A stretch of DNA of 58,249 bases, counting the filler, from Asterionella formosa (taxonomy: Eukaryota), in NCBI GenBank assembly GCA_002256025.1. It is 5 parts of 5 records of this genome, joined end to end, with 100 filler letters (N's around TTAATTAATTAA, not from the genome) between each part and the next. Parts side by side here need not be neighbours in the genome. Positions count along the whole stretch, not along the records: positions 46,702 to 58,249 come from NKIB01008360.1; 4 more parts are not named here. One strand, written 5' to 3'. The notes under the pieces were generated by a model, which was not told the origin of the DNA, searched no databases, and saw only the letters and a program-made list of their open reading frames with translations. The position numbers were made by a program, and so were the translations under genes. Positions 47,052-58,249 of the stretch are shown here, in pieces. Each line of letters opens with the position of its first letter. The first letter of the stretch is position 1.

Positions 47052-48692
47052 CTGCTCCCACTAACACTAACAACGTTCAGGATGAACTTGAGCAGGTGGA
47101 ACCTGAATCACTATTCAAAGCTGTTCTTGCTTGTGGACGATTCTGAGATTCCAAGTGCCTCCATTTTTGATCATGAAGCAGCTGAAAAAGCCTATTGTCG
47201 GCGTCAAGGGTGTAAAGTCTTGGCAACATTTGTGATGATTGGCATCTTAGGTGCCATCATTGCTATTGTCATATGGAATCTCAAACCGCCATCTCCTACA
47301 TTATCTCCTACATTATCGCCATTGTTTGATTTCTTGGCTGGATATTCATCTGATAATGGAACAGCACATTCAACTATTGGCTCCTCACAACAATTGGCAA
47401 TGTCATGGTTGCAGCAGTCGACACTAGATAATATGCCCAGAGACTATACTTTGTTGCAATTCTATGCTTTGGCAGTGTTTAATTATGCGACTGGTGATAC
47501 ACTTTCAAAAAATACATGGTTGCAAGATAATGGAACTGCTTCTCAATACGATTTTTGTTATTGGAATAATATTAATTGCGAAGCTGGGAAAGATTGCGAA
47601 GGTGGGAAAGAAATCACTAATTTGCAACCTATTTCTTCTCAACTTGTTGGATCCCTTCCGCCCGAGATTGGGCTCTTGACAAGTGTCACTTCTCTATATT
47701 TGTATGACAATTATTTCACTGGCACACTTCCGACTGAGATTGGAAACTTGAAAAGTCTCACTGTTCTTTATTTGTCCTCTAATACTTTCACTGGCACACT
47801 TCCGACTGAGATTGGTCTCTTAACAAGTCTCACTGGTTTATACTTGGACTCCAATACTTTCACTGGAACACTTCCGACAGAGATTGGACTCTTGACAAGT
47901 CTCAATTATCTATATTTGTCCTCCAATACTTTCACTGGCACACTTCCCACAGAAATTGGACTCTTGACAAGACTCACTGGTCTAGGTTTGTCCTCCAATA
48001 CTTTCACTGGCACACTTCCCACAGAGATTGGAAACTTGACAAGTCTCACTGAGCTATATTTGTTCGTCAATACTTTCACTGGCACACTTCCCACAGAGAT
48101 TGGACTCTTGACAAGTCTTGTTTTTCTATTTTTGTACCCCCATACTTTCACGGGCACACTTCCAACAGCGATTGGACTCTTGAAAAATGTCAAAAAGCTA
48201 CGATTGGGTGGCAATGCCTTCACTGGCACACTTCCTCCTGAGATTGTACTCTTGACAAGTCTCATTGAACTAAATTTGGGCAACAATTATTTCAATGGCA
48301 CAATTCCCACAGAGATTGGACTCTTGACAAGTCTCACTACTTTCAATTTGGACACCAGTTTTTTCACTGGCACACTTCCCACAGAGATTGGAAACTTGAC
48401 AAGTCTCACTCTTCTATGTCTGTTCAGCAATTCTATCACTGGCACACTTCCCACTGAGATTGTACTCTTGACAAGTCTCATTGAACTAAATTTGGGCAAC
48501 AATCATTTCCATGGTACAATTCCCACAGAAATTGGACTCTTGACAAGTCTCGATTATCTAGATTTGTCCTCCAATACTTTCACTGGCACACTTCCGACTG
48601 AGATTGGTCTTTTGACAACAAGTCTCAGTGGACTAGGATTGAGTAACAATTCATTTACTGGTTCAGTTCCCCCAGACTTTGGTCCTTTCTAA
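47028..48692 (+). CDS. Type-II membrane LRR receptor-like protein with 14 near-identical 24-aa LRRs; native 5' end disrupted
   Basis: TM FVMIGILGAIIAIVIW, QQLAMSWL...LQFYALA, CYWNNINC cap, 72-bp tandem LRR units. Confidence 0.85.
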   Translation: MTPSCMSTLLPLTLTTFRMNLSRWNLNHYSKLFLLVDDSEIPSASIFDHEAAEKAYCRRQGCKVLATFVMIGILGAIIAIVIWNLKPPSPTLSPTLSPLFDFLAGYSSDNGTAHSTIGSSQQLAMSWLQQSTLDNMPRDYTLLQFYALAVFNYATGDTLSKNTWLQDNGTASQYDFCYWNNINCEAGKDCEGGKEITNLQPISSQLVGSLPPEIGLLTSVTSLYLYDNYFTGTLPTEIGNLKSLTVLYLSSNTFTGTLPTEIGLLTSLTGLYLDSNTFTGTLPTEIGLLTSLNYLYLSSNTFTGTLPTEIGLLTRLTGLGLSSNTFTGTLPTEIGNLTSLTELYLFVNTFTGTLPTEIGLLTSLVFLFLYPHTFTGTLPTAIGLLKNVKKLRLGGNAFTGTLPPEIVLLTSLIELNLGNNYFNGTIPTEIGLLTSLTTFNLDTSFFTGTLPTEIGNLTSLTLLCLFSNSITGTLPTEIVLLTSLIELNLGNNHFHGTIPTEIGLLTSLDYLDLSSNTFTGTLPTEIGLLTTSLSGLGLSNNSFTGSVPPDFGPF

Positions 48693-49752
48693 TATTCGTG
48701 GTGCATGTGTGAGGGACAGAATCAAACAATGTAAGTATGACATTACTGTATTTGGATTAATGTTAACTTGCATGACAATTTAACTATGAATATACATAAA
48801 TACATTTATTTTATATGTAATAAGGTGAGTTAAAAGTATGTACATAATAATAATGTAGTAGTGGTATGAACGAAATTGATACACTCCTCAGCGTACACTT
48901 CGCTGTACACCAATACGGATAGGAAAGGTACAGTGCTGTGTAAGGTACCAGGTACTCCCTCACTCATCTCTGTCTGCTTCGAAAAGCTGATTTGCTTGTT
49001 GCTGTTGTGACGATCACTTCCTCGTACTCACAACTTACTTTCATTTGATTCCCTCATCGATCTTGGTATCGTTTCCAGAACAAGTTCCCCTGTTACCTTA
49101 CCTTACCTTACTTGATTGAGACTTTCTCCAGAGCGAGCTCGCTCAGGACGGAGAAACAACGACGACATAAAGTCATCAATGAATGACATGGAACCGAATG
49201 AAACACTCCAGTAAGAAGCTGCTAAAGTACTACAGTACAACTACCGGTACACTGCTTGTGTTGAGAACAGAGTCGACCAGCCATGTCTGTTCATCCCTCT
49301 AGTATTACCAGTACTCGACTACTCCTACACCCATGTATGAACTGGTTTGAGCTCATCATTGTGCATCGTAATTGCAGAGGTGGTTGGCAGCCAGCCAGCA
49401 GTTCGTTTGGATTAGGCCTTACATAATACAGTGCTCTGGATACTTCCGGTTCCAGCAATCATCAAGGCTTTGTATGCTGCTGGGTTGGCTTGGCTTGGCC
49501 TGTCTTGGGTATCTCTTCACACAACTGCAGCGTTGTGAACCAGCAGTTCAGCTGCTATTGCTATTGCCACTACTTGCAGGAGCAAGGGACAGTCAAATCC
49601 TGATTCATCATTAGAATCAGAAGACAACAACACTGAGTTGGATCCAGCGACGAGTGAAACTACCAGTATTCCTGACTTGGAGGCGACCTCATTTATTAGA
49701 AAAGACCAACAAAGCTATGCTTGCATGGCTGGTCGCCGGGATTTCAGTCTCG

Positions 49753-50050
49753 CTACTGCTTGTATGGTACTTGATGGATTCTGGAGAGAACCTCCACCCA
49801 AGCCCGGACTTTCATGCCAAGATGCAGTGGAGTGCTACCCTTGTCGTCTTTCATTGTTGTGACATCAGGAGAGGCATCCAAAAGGGCCCTGATAACCACC
49901 ACATTGGCCCCTTCTTCTACTCCAAGGTACAACAGAGTGTTTCCATAGTGGTGTTGCACCTTTGCAGCTTCAGGACAAGCTTTCAACTGGGCTTCAATAA
50001 CATCCAGCCCAATAGGAATGAAATGACAATCCGGGAAAGAGTGAAGCCAA
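49753..50050 (-). pseudogene. Ankyrin-repeat fragment
   Basis: LKACPEAAKVQHHYGNTLLYL...ALLDASPDVTTMKDDKGSTPLHL, with no intact start or end. Confidence 0.6.
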
Positions 50051-50421
50051 CGGGTACACGAATTAAATTGAAGTATCATACATATTGAGCAATGATCCAT
50101 CGGACGAATTACATCAAGAAAGGGTTGGCGATAGTGGTTGCTATCCAGTAGCCGACCCGGCGCTGGCTCACAGGACTTGAACATATACATGTGCTTAACA
50201 GTACGTGACAAATTAATTCAATGTTCAAGTAGATGTTCAAGACCTGGATACACGTGCTTTCTGTAGGCAATTTAGTTGGGGAAGACACTTCAAGGCGGCG
50301 AAAAGAACCAACCTGTAGTCAAGCATGGTGCACCAATCACGATCGGTGGATACCGGTGATTCTAAAGTATCATTACCCTTGTACTGGTACTCCCTAACCC
50401 TAACAGATCTGGATAAATCCT

Positions 50422-50790
50422 TTACGAGATCACGCAGCAGCCACACATGGCAGCTCTATCGAAATCTTGCTTTTGAGGTGGCCCAACTTTGGCCTTTTGT
50501 GGGGGCTCCTGTGCAGTGGCAGCAACCACTTGGTCAACAGACACAGCAACTTTTCCTTCATTGACAGCTTGTTCAGCTTCATCAGTTGGAAGTGGAAAAC
50601 TAACATCTTCGACAGTTTCAACCTCAGAATTCTCTTTTCCTTTTTCTTCTTTGATCTCAGTAGTGTTTTCAACTTTCATGTCAATTGGGTGACCACCAAC
50701 TCTCTTGCCCAAGCGGACAGAGATAAATGTGACCTTCTTTTCATAATTTTTCAAATCACTAAGCACATGCTTTTGAGCGCAAAATTCCAA
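50422..50790 (-). CDS. Partial or degenerate acidic protein ending in a CaaX-like motif (CGCCVIS*)
   Basis: Glu/Lys-rich tail with terminal Cys cluster; upstream frame broken. Confidence 0.35.
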   Translation of the reverse strand: MEFCAQKHVLSDLKNYEKKVTFISVRLGKRVGGHPIDMKVENTTEIKEEKGKENSEVETVEDVSFPLPTDEAEQAVNEGKVAVSVDQVVAATAQEPPQKAKVGPPQKQDFDRAAMCGCCVIS

Positions 50791-50929
50791 AAAGTTTTCT
50801 CTTTCAGTGTTTCCTTGTCAACCTCTTCCAACCAATGGCACATCATACCATTCTTCAACAAATTTCTGGAAATCATTCAGCCTTCCTGATGCTGTGAGTA
50901 CCAATATCCTCCACCTCATATCCATCTAG

Positions 50930-51300
50930 ATCACACAATAGCTACTAGTGAAGCAGAACTTGATGCAGCCACCACCTTATCACAACATGTTTTGTGGCTA
51001 TGCAGGTACATGGAAGATATGTCAATTTCTTATCATGATGCTACTGCCATTGGAGAAGACAAGAATTTTGCTGCACAAATCATTGTGCATGCGAGCAAAT
51101 TAAAGCGCAATGTACATCATATTGCTACAAAAAAGGCTTTGCAAGAAAATGTCCATATTGGGAGAGTCCATTTTACCTGGGTTTTATCTGTTCACAATTT
51201 AGCCATCCATTTTACCAAGATGCTCCCATATTCTATCCTTCATGCACATTGCATGACTATGATGGGATATCAATTTATTGATGCAGGTCATCTTGCACGC
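50930..51300 (+). mobile_element. Copia RNase H remnant
   Basis: SEAELDAA...WL...IGED...HHI...NLAIHFTKMLP. Confidence 0.65.
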
Positions 51301-53131
51301 CACAACAGTTCTTTGACAAGTTATGAATCAACTCTTTCCATCATGATGTGTCAATAGATGTCTGTTTGTCTGACAGTACCTATCTTATCTAATTATTATT
51401 CTTTGCTCTACACCAACTTAATCAAATCACTCTTTTAACAACCACACCTTCCAATCTCCTTTTGAGCTTGTCAGGTTAGTTATCAGACTCCTCTCCTCTC
51501 TTGTCTCCTTATTCATCAACCTTGTTGATCTCCCTCATCCTCTCCTCCTTCATTGCATGCTATGGTCATAATCAATTTACCAGTATGCTTCTCATTTTCC
51601 CTAACCATGAGTATGGTTCCATTAGGGGGACTACCATACCTAGTATTAAATTCTCATCCAGTTCCCATTCACATGCATCCGTCCAAATGTACGTCAGGCA
51701 ATTCACTGAAGTACCAGTACCAGCGTGGTACAATAAGAATATTACCATCAATTTAGAAATGGTAAACTATTTCATTTTCATATTCTTTCACTCTTTGCTT
51801 TACTCCACTCTTTGCTTTATTCTCTCATCTCTCTATTTCCTGTATCATTTTGTTCGTGCACATAAATAAGAGTGCAGAGCTGAGCAAGAGTGAGATTGTT
51901 GATAGGGTCACCATTGGGTCCATTGTATACCTTTTCACGTTTTTGAGTAAAAAACTCAAATGCAGTCTTGATGTCCCTGGAATCATCTTAACGGATCTGG
52001 AGAGGAGACCACATTGGTTTCTTGGTGATGGTAAAGTCATCATTCAGTTGACCACCAGAGTACTGTTTGACAACTGTACCAGTGGTCACTTGGCCAAACT
52101 TGGTAGGTAGAATAGTAGTAATATTAGTGGATACTGACATTGCAAGGAAGTGGGAGTGTATGGAAAAGATAAGAAAGCAGTGATAAAAGAAGAGAGTGAA
52201 GAAAAACTAAAAAATAGGCCAGGCAATTGTCTCAGTGGGCAATACTGGGTAATAAAGAAAAGAAAGAGAGATTTTTAAAAGGGGACCAGGCGATTGTCTC
52301 AAGGGGCAATACCGGGTAAAAATGAAAGAATATGCAATGAAGTTTGCTGAAAGAAGTTTGACACTGTCACTGGGACAAGAAAATAAACTTGTTTTAGAAA
52401 ATGGCTCTGGGAACAAAGGAGCAGGAGAAACCAACTGAAGAATGCGCAGATATAAGCGTTTTGGGCTCGTAACCACTTGAAAGAGAAGTTGTAGATTAAC
52501 CTGAACAGAGAAGGTGACAATGCGTTCATGGTGAGGGAATAGGTGGGAATGCATGCAAATACCGAACATTCTTGTCTTTTCCTTGTGATCATATAATTAT
52601 GATCATGCAGTAAACTTTTACCGAGCTTGAAGTATGATGAGACTATCATAGTTATAATACCATTGCATCATATAATTAGTTAAACATAGTCATATGATGT
52701 GTATACTTTTGTCATACATCTATCTTAGCATGATCGTAATTCTCATCGATATCACTGTATAAAATAGGATGAAATTGATCGAAATTTAGAACTATATTTA
52801 GCTAAGAATGGTTCTATGATTCTATATCTTAAGTGGCTACAGAATGCTCTACAATGCTCTCATTGCAATGATTGTTGGTGCCGCTTTCACTTCCACCTTC
52901 CCCCCAATCGAATTCTGAAGGTTGTTGTACTGGTTGCCATGCCGTTGTTCCCCTGCTTGCTTTGTTCCATTTACTCCTGAGGGTTGTTCTGAGTTTGCAT
53001 TCACGGATTTTCCTATTACTATTGAATCCGTTTTGTTGTTCCAATCAGCCATACTAACAAAGAGAAGCAATTCATTGTTAGCTGTTCATGTTTTGCTTAC
53101 ACAACAACATTCATTTCGCTTCTATCTTGCT

Positions 53132-53275
53132 TCACTGAAAGAGGACGAGTCATTCCATATTTGTAGTCCCAGCAATTGATCATCAAGGCATTTATCGAAA
53201 AGGCGCTATTGAATCACTGAAAGGGGACGAGTCATACCATATTTGTAATCCCAGCAATTGATCATCAAGGCATTT
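53132..53275. repeat. Two near-identical 62-bp direct repeats, 82-bp period
   Basis: TCACTGAAAGRGGACGAGTCATWCCATATTTGTARTCCCAGCAATTGATCATCAAGGCATTT x2. Confidence 0.9.
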
Positions 53276-53869
53276 GATCTTGACAAACCGTGATGCTATG
53301 CACAGCTTGTTGATTCCGCCGTTCTCCATCATATTCACTCATTCTTATCGTGCTGTATTGTCACTTCAGTTTTTCGCATCATGTGTTGCTTGAGATCCTT
53401 CATTTCAGGAAGTGGATGCAGCATGACAAGGAACATGAAAGGCATTTGCTCATGCCTTACCATCAATTAATCCGCCCTTCTCTTCTAAGCCGCAAATATC
53501 ATTGCGCTGTATTATCACTTTCGTTTTTCGCGTCATCATCTGTGTTAATCCTTCATTTCAGGAGCAAAGTGTATGCATGAAACATTGTTTCAAATGTTTC
53601 AGCCATGAATACATCTATATAAAGATTTGTAAGAAGTTTAAATGTATACATAGTTGAACATTTGCATAGTTTTAAACACGCTCATTATACGGCACATCCT
53701 GTGTATACTAATATCAATCTTTATTAGTCATCCATGCACCTGTATAGTATGAAGTATTGAAATAATCAAATATAGATAGTCTTCACAAGGAGCAGTGCAT
53801 CATATATGCCATGTTATTTTAATTCCTATCAAACAGCGAACAAGAAAGGAGTGCCCGGTGTGTAGGAAA

Positions 53870-54065
53870 AAACCCGTTGAAGTTTGGCAATGATGTTAAG
53901 AAGAGGAATGACATCATGGAGAGATTGCAAGAGGGCAATGTATTCAGCCTCAGTAGTAGAAAGGGCCACTTCGCTCTGAAGTTTGCAAAGCAATAGAATG
54001 GGACAGCCAACATAACAAATAACAAAACCAGTGCGCAACATCACTGAAATTGGATCCTTCAGTAC
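53870..54065 (-). mobile_element. Copia RNase H remnant
   Basis: DPISV..RTGFVI.Y.GCPI...KLQSEVALSTTEAEYIAL.QSL.DVIP. Confidence 0.85.
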
Positions 54066-54759
54066 AAGAAATTCCTCCAATGGGAAATTAAAAATGTTGT
54101 GTTGACTTTGAATTTGAATTGATCTGCTCGTCCTGTGGGTGTGGGGGTGCTGCAGCTTCTCGGTTGGAGTTGCTGAAGAGAAATTTGCTGAATCTAACCT
54201 GCTTGGCAAATCTTATTGTCCACCGTGATTGTATGGTCATTGGCGAACTTGGCTGCTATCTGGTCACATGTGCTCAGCTTGACCTTTCGAATATTTATTT
54301 TTATTTTCCTCCAGCAAATTGTTGTTGTCACAAACACTTTCTAGAAAAATGCGCTTGCCTCCAATGTTTGCTTCCATTAGGGTTAGGCTTGTGTAGTACG
54401 TGTTAGCGGCAATCAAATGCCGCCACTCTGACTCTGTCTTGTCTGAAGTATTCCATCATGTCGGACAGCACCGCATTGCGTTGTAAAAGTCTGCTGGCGT
54501 TTGCGCCCCACACAGCTGTCAACGTTGAATATTTGCGTGGGAATGCCATGGGAGAAGGGCTAGAATCAGCAGACGATGCGCTTGGCAATATGCGCTTCTT
54601 TCCCAGTGGCTGGCAGGCCCACCATGATCGACTACCGGTAGGTAATGTAAGGTACTGTAACAGTCACTACCGGTAAGATCAGTTAAGTTCAGATCAGATC
54701 ACAATGATTCTCTGAACGGTACTGATTCACCTAACTACAAGATGTATTTGTGTCAATTC

Positions 54760-56100
54760 ACTGTATGATATCTGAATGGTTGCTTCAAATAGCCGAGGTC
54801 GAACAATAGCAATCAGCAATGCAACAGCTATCATGTCTGATTCTTCATTGACTTGCTTTGGGCTGGGATTGTGCTTGTTGAAGACCGGAATCTGACACTG
54901 TTCAAAACTAAGAATATTATTACAATTGAAGATGAGAATATGATTTATACCGGTATGGATAATATATTGTACAGCTAGCACGGGCGTGGTATGGTAAACT
55001 AGGTACCACCTACCTCGTTCCTTCCATTCCAGACTGAGAGCAAACAACGGGTAGATGTTGGCCACTTGTGCACTGCAATCTGCAGTTGATCCACCGCAAA
55101 CTGGTATCATCGGCTGTAATGACAGGACAGTTTAAATTTGCATTATAGAAGCAACTAACAACTCTTGATGTGGTCATTTGATAACAAGCGAGCGATGAGT
55201 CCCTCAACTTGTCTTTACGGTCCATATCGTGGTGTAGAATACATGATGCGACAGCGGTCACCAGCCACTGGGGATTCAGAAACAAGCAAATTGCAACAAC
55301 CCATTTTTTTCATATCGATATCATTATACGTAACCACCACCGAGAAGTTCTCTCTAGTACTCCTACTAGGAGATGGGATGACCATGTTCATGTCATCAAC
55401 CTACATCAATGCAAGGGATCGGTCAAAATCCTTGTCATTATCATCATCACCATCACCATCATCATTACCATCATCATCATCATCATCAGCAAAACTATGG
55501 ACAGCCAGCCAGGAAACAGTCTGAAGTTCCAACTCTTGACATGCTTTGCTTGCGTATATACTTTACTACACTGCACTGCTTGCCATCAACCTGCAAAAGC
55601 ATCATTTCCATCTGTTGTATGTAAAGGAATGCATTGCTTGCAGTGCTTGTCAAAAAATCGAAAGCTCTGCAATATTGGTAAGGAAATGAAGGTCATCACT
55701 GATATCATATCATCCACTTTCGTTATATTTCTTTCTGAAGCCAGGGCCATGAAGAAAATTAGCTATCTGCAATCTGCAACCTACAATCTACATTACGGGC
55801 TTTGACAGGCTCTTTCACTTCGATTTATCGCTTAATGAGCATGCTGGTTTTCCACGCCAAAGCCATACCAACATGAATCGCAGTTTAGCATGTAACACAA
55901 TATAGCTACCTCATCTGGAAAGTGTGTGAGTCGATTTTGCGACAAAATAGACAAGTCGCTTCAACTGGAGCAACAATCACTTCTCAGGGAGTGACACCAA
56001 ATCACAATTACTGAAATCCTGAAATCAAGATGCATGCTTTCGGACTGGAAATTAAACCACCAACAACACATCTGAAATCCATGTGAGTCGATTTCCAGCC
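54760..56100 (-). pseudogene. Probable Roco-protein COR-domain pseudogene
   Basis: DDLHFLTNIAELSIF and FLNPQWLVTAVASCIL resemble COR motifs; many stops and frameshifts. Confidence 0.5.
55435..55488. repeat. Imperfect (CAT)n microsatellite
   Basis: tcattatcatcatcaccatcaccatcatcattaccatcatcatcatcatcatca. Confidence 0.9.
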
Positions 56101-58077
56101 AAAGATAGCTAGTTCCTAGTTTATGCATAGAATTTGCTTCCCAATGCCATGTGCAGCAGCCAAATTTTCTTGACAGAGCTTTCTTTCAAAAGGAAAGCGA
56201 ATGGATCGCATCGCGCTGGTCCAACAATGATTTAACTAACTAATTTAACTTTATTGAGTTGTTTCCAGATCTTGAAAGCAGCTGATTCCGAAGCTTGCTT
56301 CTTTAGCAGGAACTTCGACACCACCAGTGGGAAAAATCAAGAAGGAGGACATTCCTACTATCATCAAGACCCCATTCCATGGTATAAGCGCTTTGCTATA
56401 AATTCCATACTGGTCCAATGTGCACGCCTCTGGACAACGATCTATCTGTAGGTTGTGGTATGGTGCAGTGCCGGTGGTATGGTGGTATTCTTCTTCATGT
56501 CTTGTACAGAGGGCAGGTGCAGCACCTACACCTAGCGAAGGGGAGATTGAGACTTGGGAGGAGGCATTCGATGTTTGTTTCTTTTGAGGGTCAGTAAAAC
56601 TGGTCTGCTAAAGTTGATTGTCAAGTTAGGGCATGAGAGAGTCACGCTAGAACAAATAACGGATTCAATGAGCAATCACAAAAGAGACTTTGACTTTGCC
56701 ACTCCACTCCGCTCCGTTACTTGCTTCCTTTCCATTGACCGGAAGAAGCAATACAACCAGCCACTCTCAATAGTGGACACAAACAAAGCTAAATAGCACA
56801 AGCGCGGCACTCACATCAGCCACCAGTTCTGTTCTGTTCCGTCGCGTTCGCGTTGACTTGAATCTCAGTTACCACCGGTCACCCATTGCGCCGTGCATCA
56901 CTTGCTTTCATTTCTCGTCATGTTCACACTGGAGAATACCGGCTCAGCAGCCCACTCGCCACTCGCCGCCGTATTCGTCCTCCAAAAGTCAAAGGTCCCA
57001 CCCGAATCTCGCCGGTTCCCACTAAGTCGATGAAGAAAGCAAGAGGCACCCGTGTGTCAACCGTAACAACGAAGTATTCCTAGCCGGAGACCGTCGAGGT
57101 TGGACCACAGGGAGCCAGTTTTTTTCGTAGTTGTGGTGGGGATCGCTCACTCATCATGAGGGATTGTACGAACAAGCACGCAATAAGACAAGCGTTAGAT
57201 GCGATATTTAAAAAAGCATCAAGATTTCGTGGAGGATTCATTTTATTGGCGCATGGAGATGGTTTGTTTGTACTTTACATTTTAGAGGTTTTTTATTTAT
57301 TTTAAGAACGAAAGTGCAAAAGTGTACCGGAAATAATATTCTCATTATTATTATTGTTACTGATCACAATGATTTGCTTCTGAAGATGCATTTGAACAGA
57401 TTACCCACCATGACGGCACTGTTTTTCTTGCATCGGCACTAAAATACAGATGTCATAGAGCAAGAATGATGACGCAAAGGAAGGTACCGGTATGTATATC
57501 GCTGCACACAAATTCAGGTACCAGGTACCGCGAGTAGTGTGATACCATGTTCCTAGTATCAGGTACCACTTAAAAACTGTAAGCCACCGCTACGGCCACT
57601 TTTGAATTGTAAGCCACCGCTAGACGGAGTAAACGCACGGTTTGAACTTATTATACAAGATACGCTATTTATTGTCACGAACGAGTTGTTCAGATTTATA
57701 TAGCGAGTAAATACTTCCGTACTTGTATTGTTGCATTGTGTACATTGTTAATTAGGTATTATCGCCCAAAGGTTGCTGTCGACGTGAAATTGCGAAAATT
57801 GGATATTTTCACGTTTACTCGATTGAGCAAGCATCACCTTTTATATACGTATTCAGCTATGAGAATATTCCTCCGCTAGAAAACTAATTTAGTATCCTCT
57901 AAAATTTATTTAATATGACTACGACGGCATTGCGCTTTCGCTCGTGCGCCATAATAAAGAGATAAATTCACTAATGGAAAACGTCAAATAGGAATTCCTG
58001 GCGCACCCGAATTATGAGTACAAAAATTAAATGCAAACACACAACAGTCACCCATCACCCATCACAAAACCAACATC

Positions 58078-58249
58078 ATGACCTCGAAAGCGCCTCAACA
58101 AGGCAATGTCTTGCCTCGAAAGAAATTGTCTCCTGAAGAGTTGGTCAGTGTTCAGATTTGTCTTAACAATGTGATTAGGGAGCTAGAAGCTAAGAAGGCT
58201 AACAATGGTGGAAAAATGCCTTATGGTGCTATTTCTAGGACAGTATCAG
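58078..58249 (+). CDS. 5' end of an ORF running off the window, possibly a DNA transposase
   Basis: MTSKAPQ...KKANNGGKMPYGAIS is open to the window end. Preceded by a duplicated TGTAAGCCACCGCTA (57578, 57608) resembling subterminal repeats. Confidence 0.4.
   Translation, partial: MTSKAPQQGNVLPRKKLSPEELVSVQICLNNVIRELEAKKANNGGKMPYGAISRTVS

Noticed and set aside
47656..48692. Repeat-spacer (CRISPR-like) look of the 72-bp units and antisense ORFs 47906-48502
   Set aside because: Explained by coding LRR repeats on the plus strand.
53132..53275. CRISPR-like or hammerhead repeat
   Set aside because: Only two 62-bp units, eukaryotic context, no cas genes, and no CUGANGA...GAAA core.
55209..55805. 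Poly-His, poly-Ile and poly-Ser ORFs
   Set aside because: Translations of the (CAT)n microsatellite on the strand opposite the COR-like relic.
20860..56100. LRR, ARM, kinase and Roco genes as one physical immune gene cluster
   Set aside because: They lie on different contigs joined by artificial linkers.
56250..57200. GC-richer, possibly coding stretch (similar ones at 29760-30180, 31130-31900, 46000-46600, 51850-52110, 54070-54640)
   Set aside because: No sustained frame or recognisable motif; cannot be called without a homology search.

Overview
Eukaryotic genomic DNA, most likely from a diatom (inferred from 67-108 bp GT-AG introns, a bipartite plastid-type presequence, diatom-type copia pol motifs, type-II membrane LRR proteins and a cyclase-PDE fusion). 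It is not one locus. Five contigs of about 11.55-11.6 kb (1-11596, 11697-23292, 23393-34943, 35044-46601, 46702-58249) are joined by artificial 100-bp N44-TTAATTAATTAA-N44 linkers, so adjacency across linkers means nothing. Contig 1 is gene-dense: ankyrin protein, CIA30-domain protein, SDR, dihydroorotate dehydrogenase and ShK/prolyl 4-hydroxylase. The other contigs are TE-rich, with decayed copia, gypsy, Tc1/IS630-like and Kolobok/Mutator-like remnants mixed with LRR, ARM, kinase, probable Roco, cyclase-PDE and GDT1 genes or pseudogenes. Main leads: (1) a copia element whose entire gag ORF lies between a hairpin-occluded splice donor and a strong acceptor just before the pol ATG, suggesting a foamy-virus-like spliced pol mRNA; (2) pervasive TA-CCWGG-TA/TA-CCGG-TA motifs, one caught as a 7-bp insertion in a gypsy ORF, possibly transposon excision footprints; (3) a promoter plus CPxHP...CPxC domain cassette fused to different effectors (ARM repeats, kinase); (4) a structured SINE-like insert between 16-bp direct repeats.
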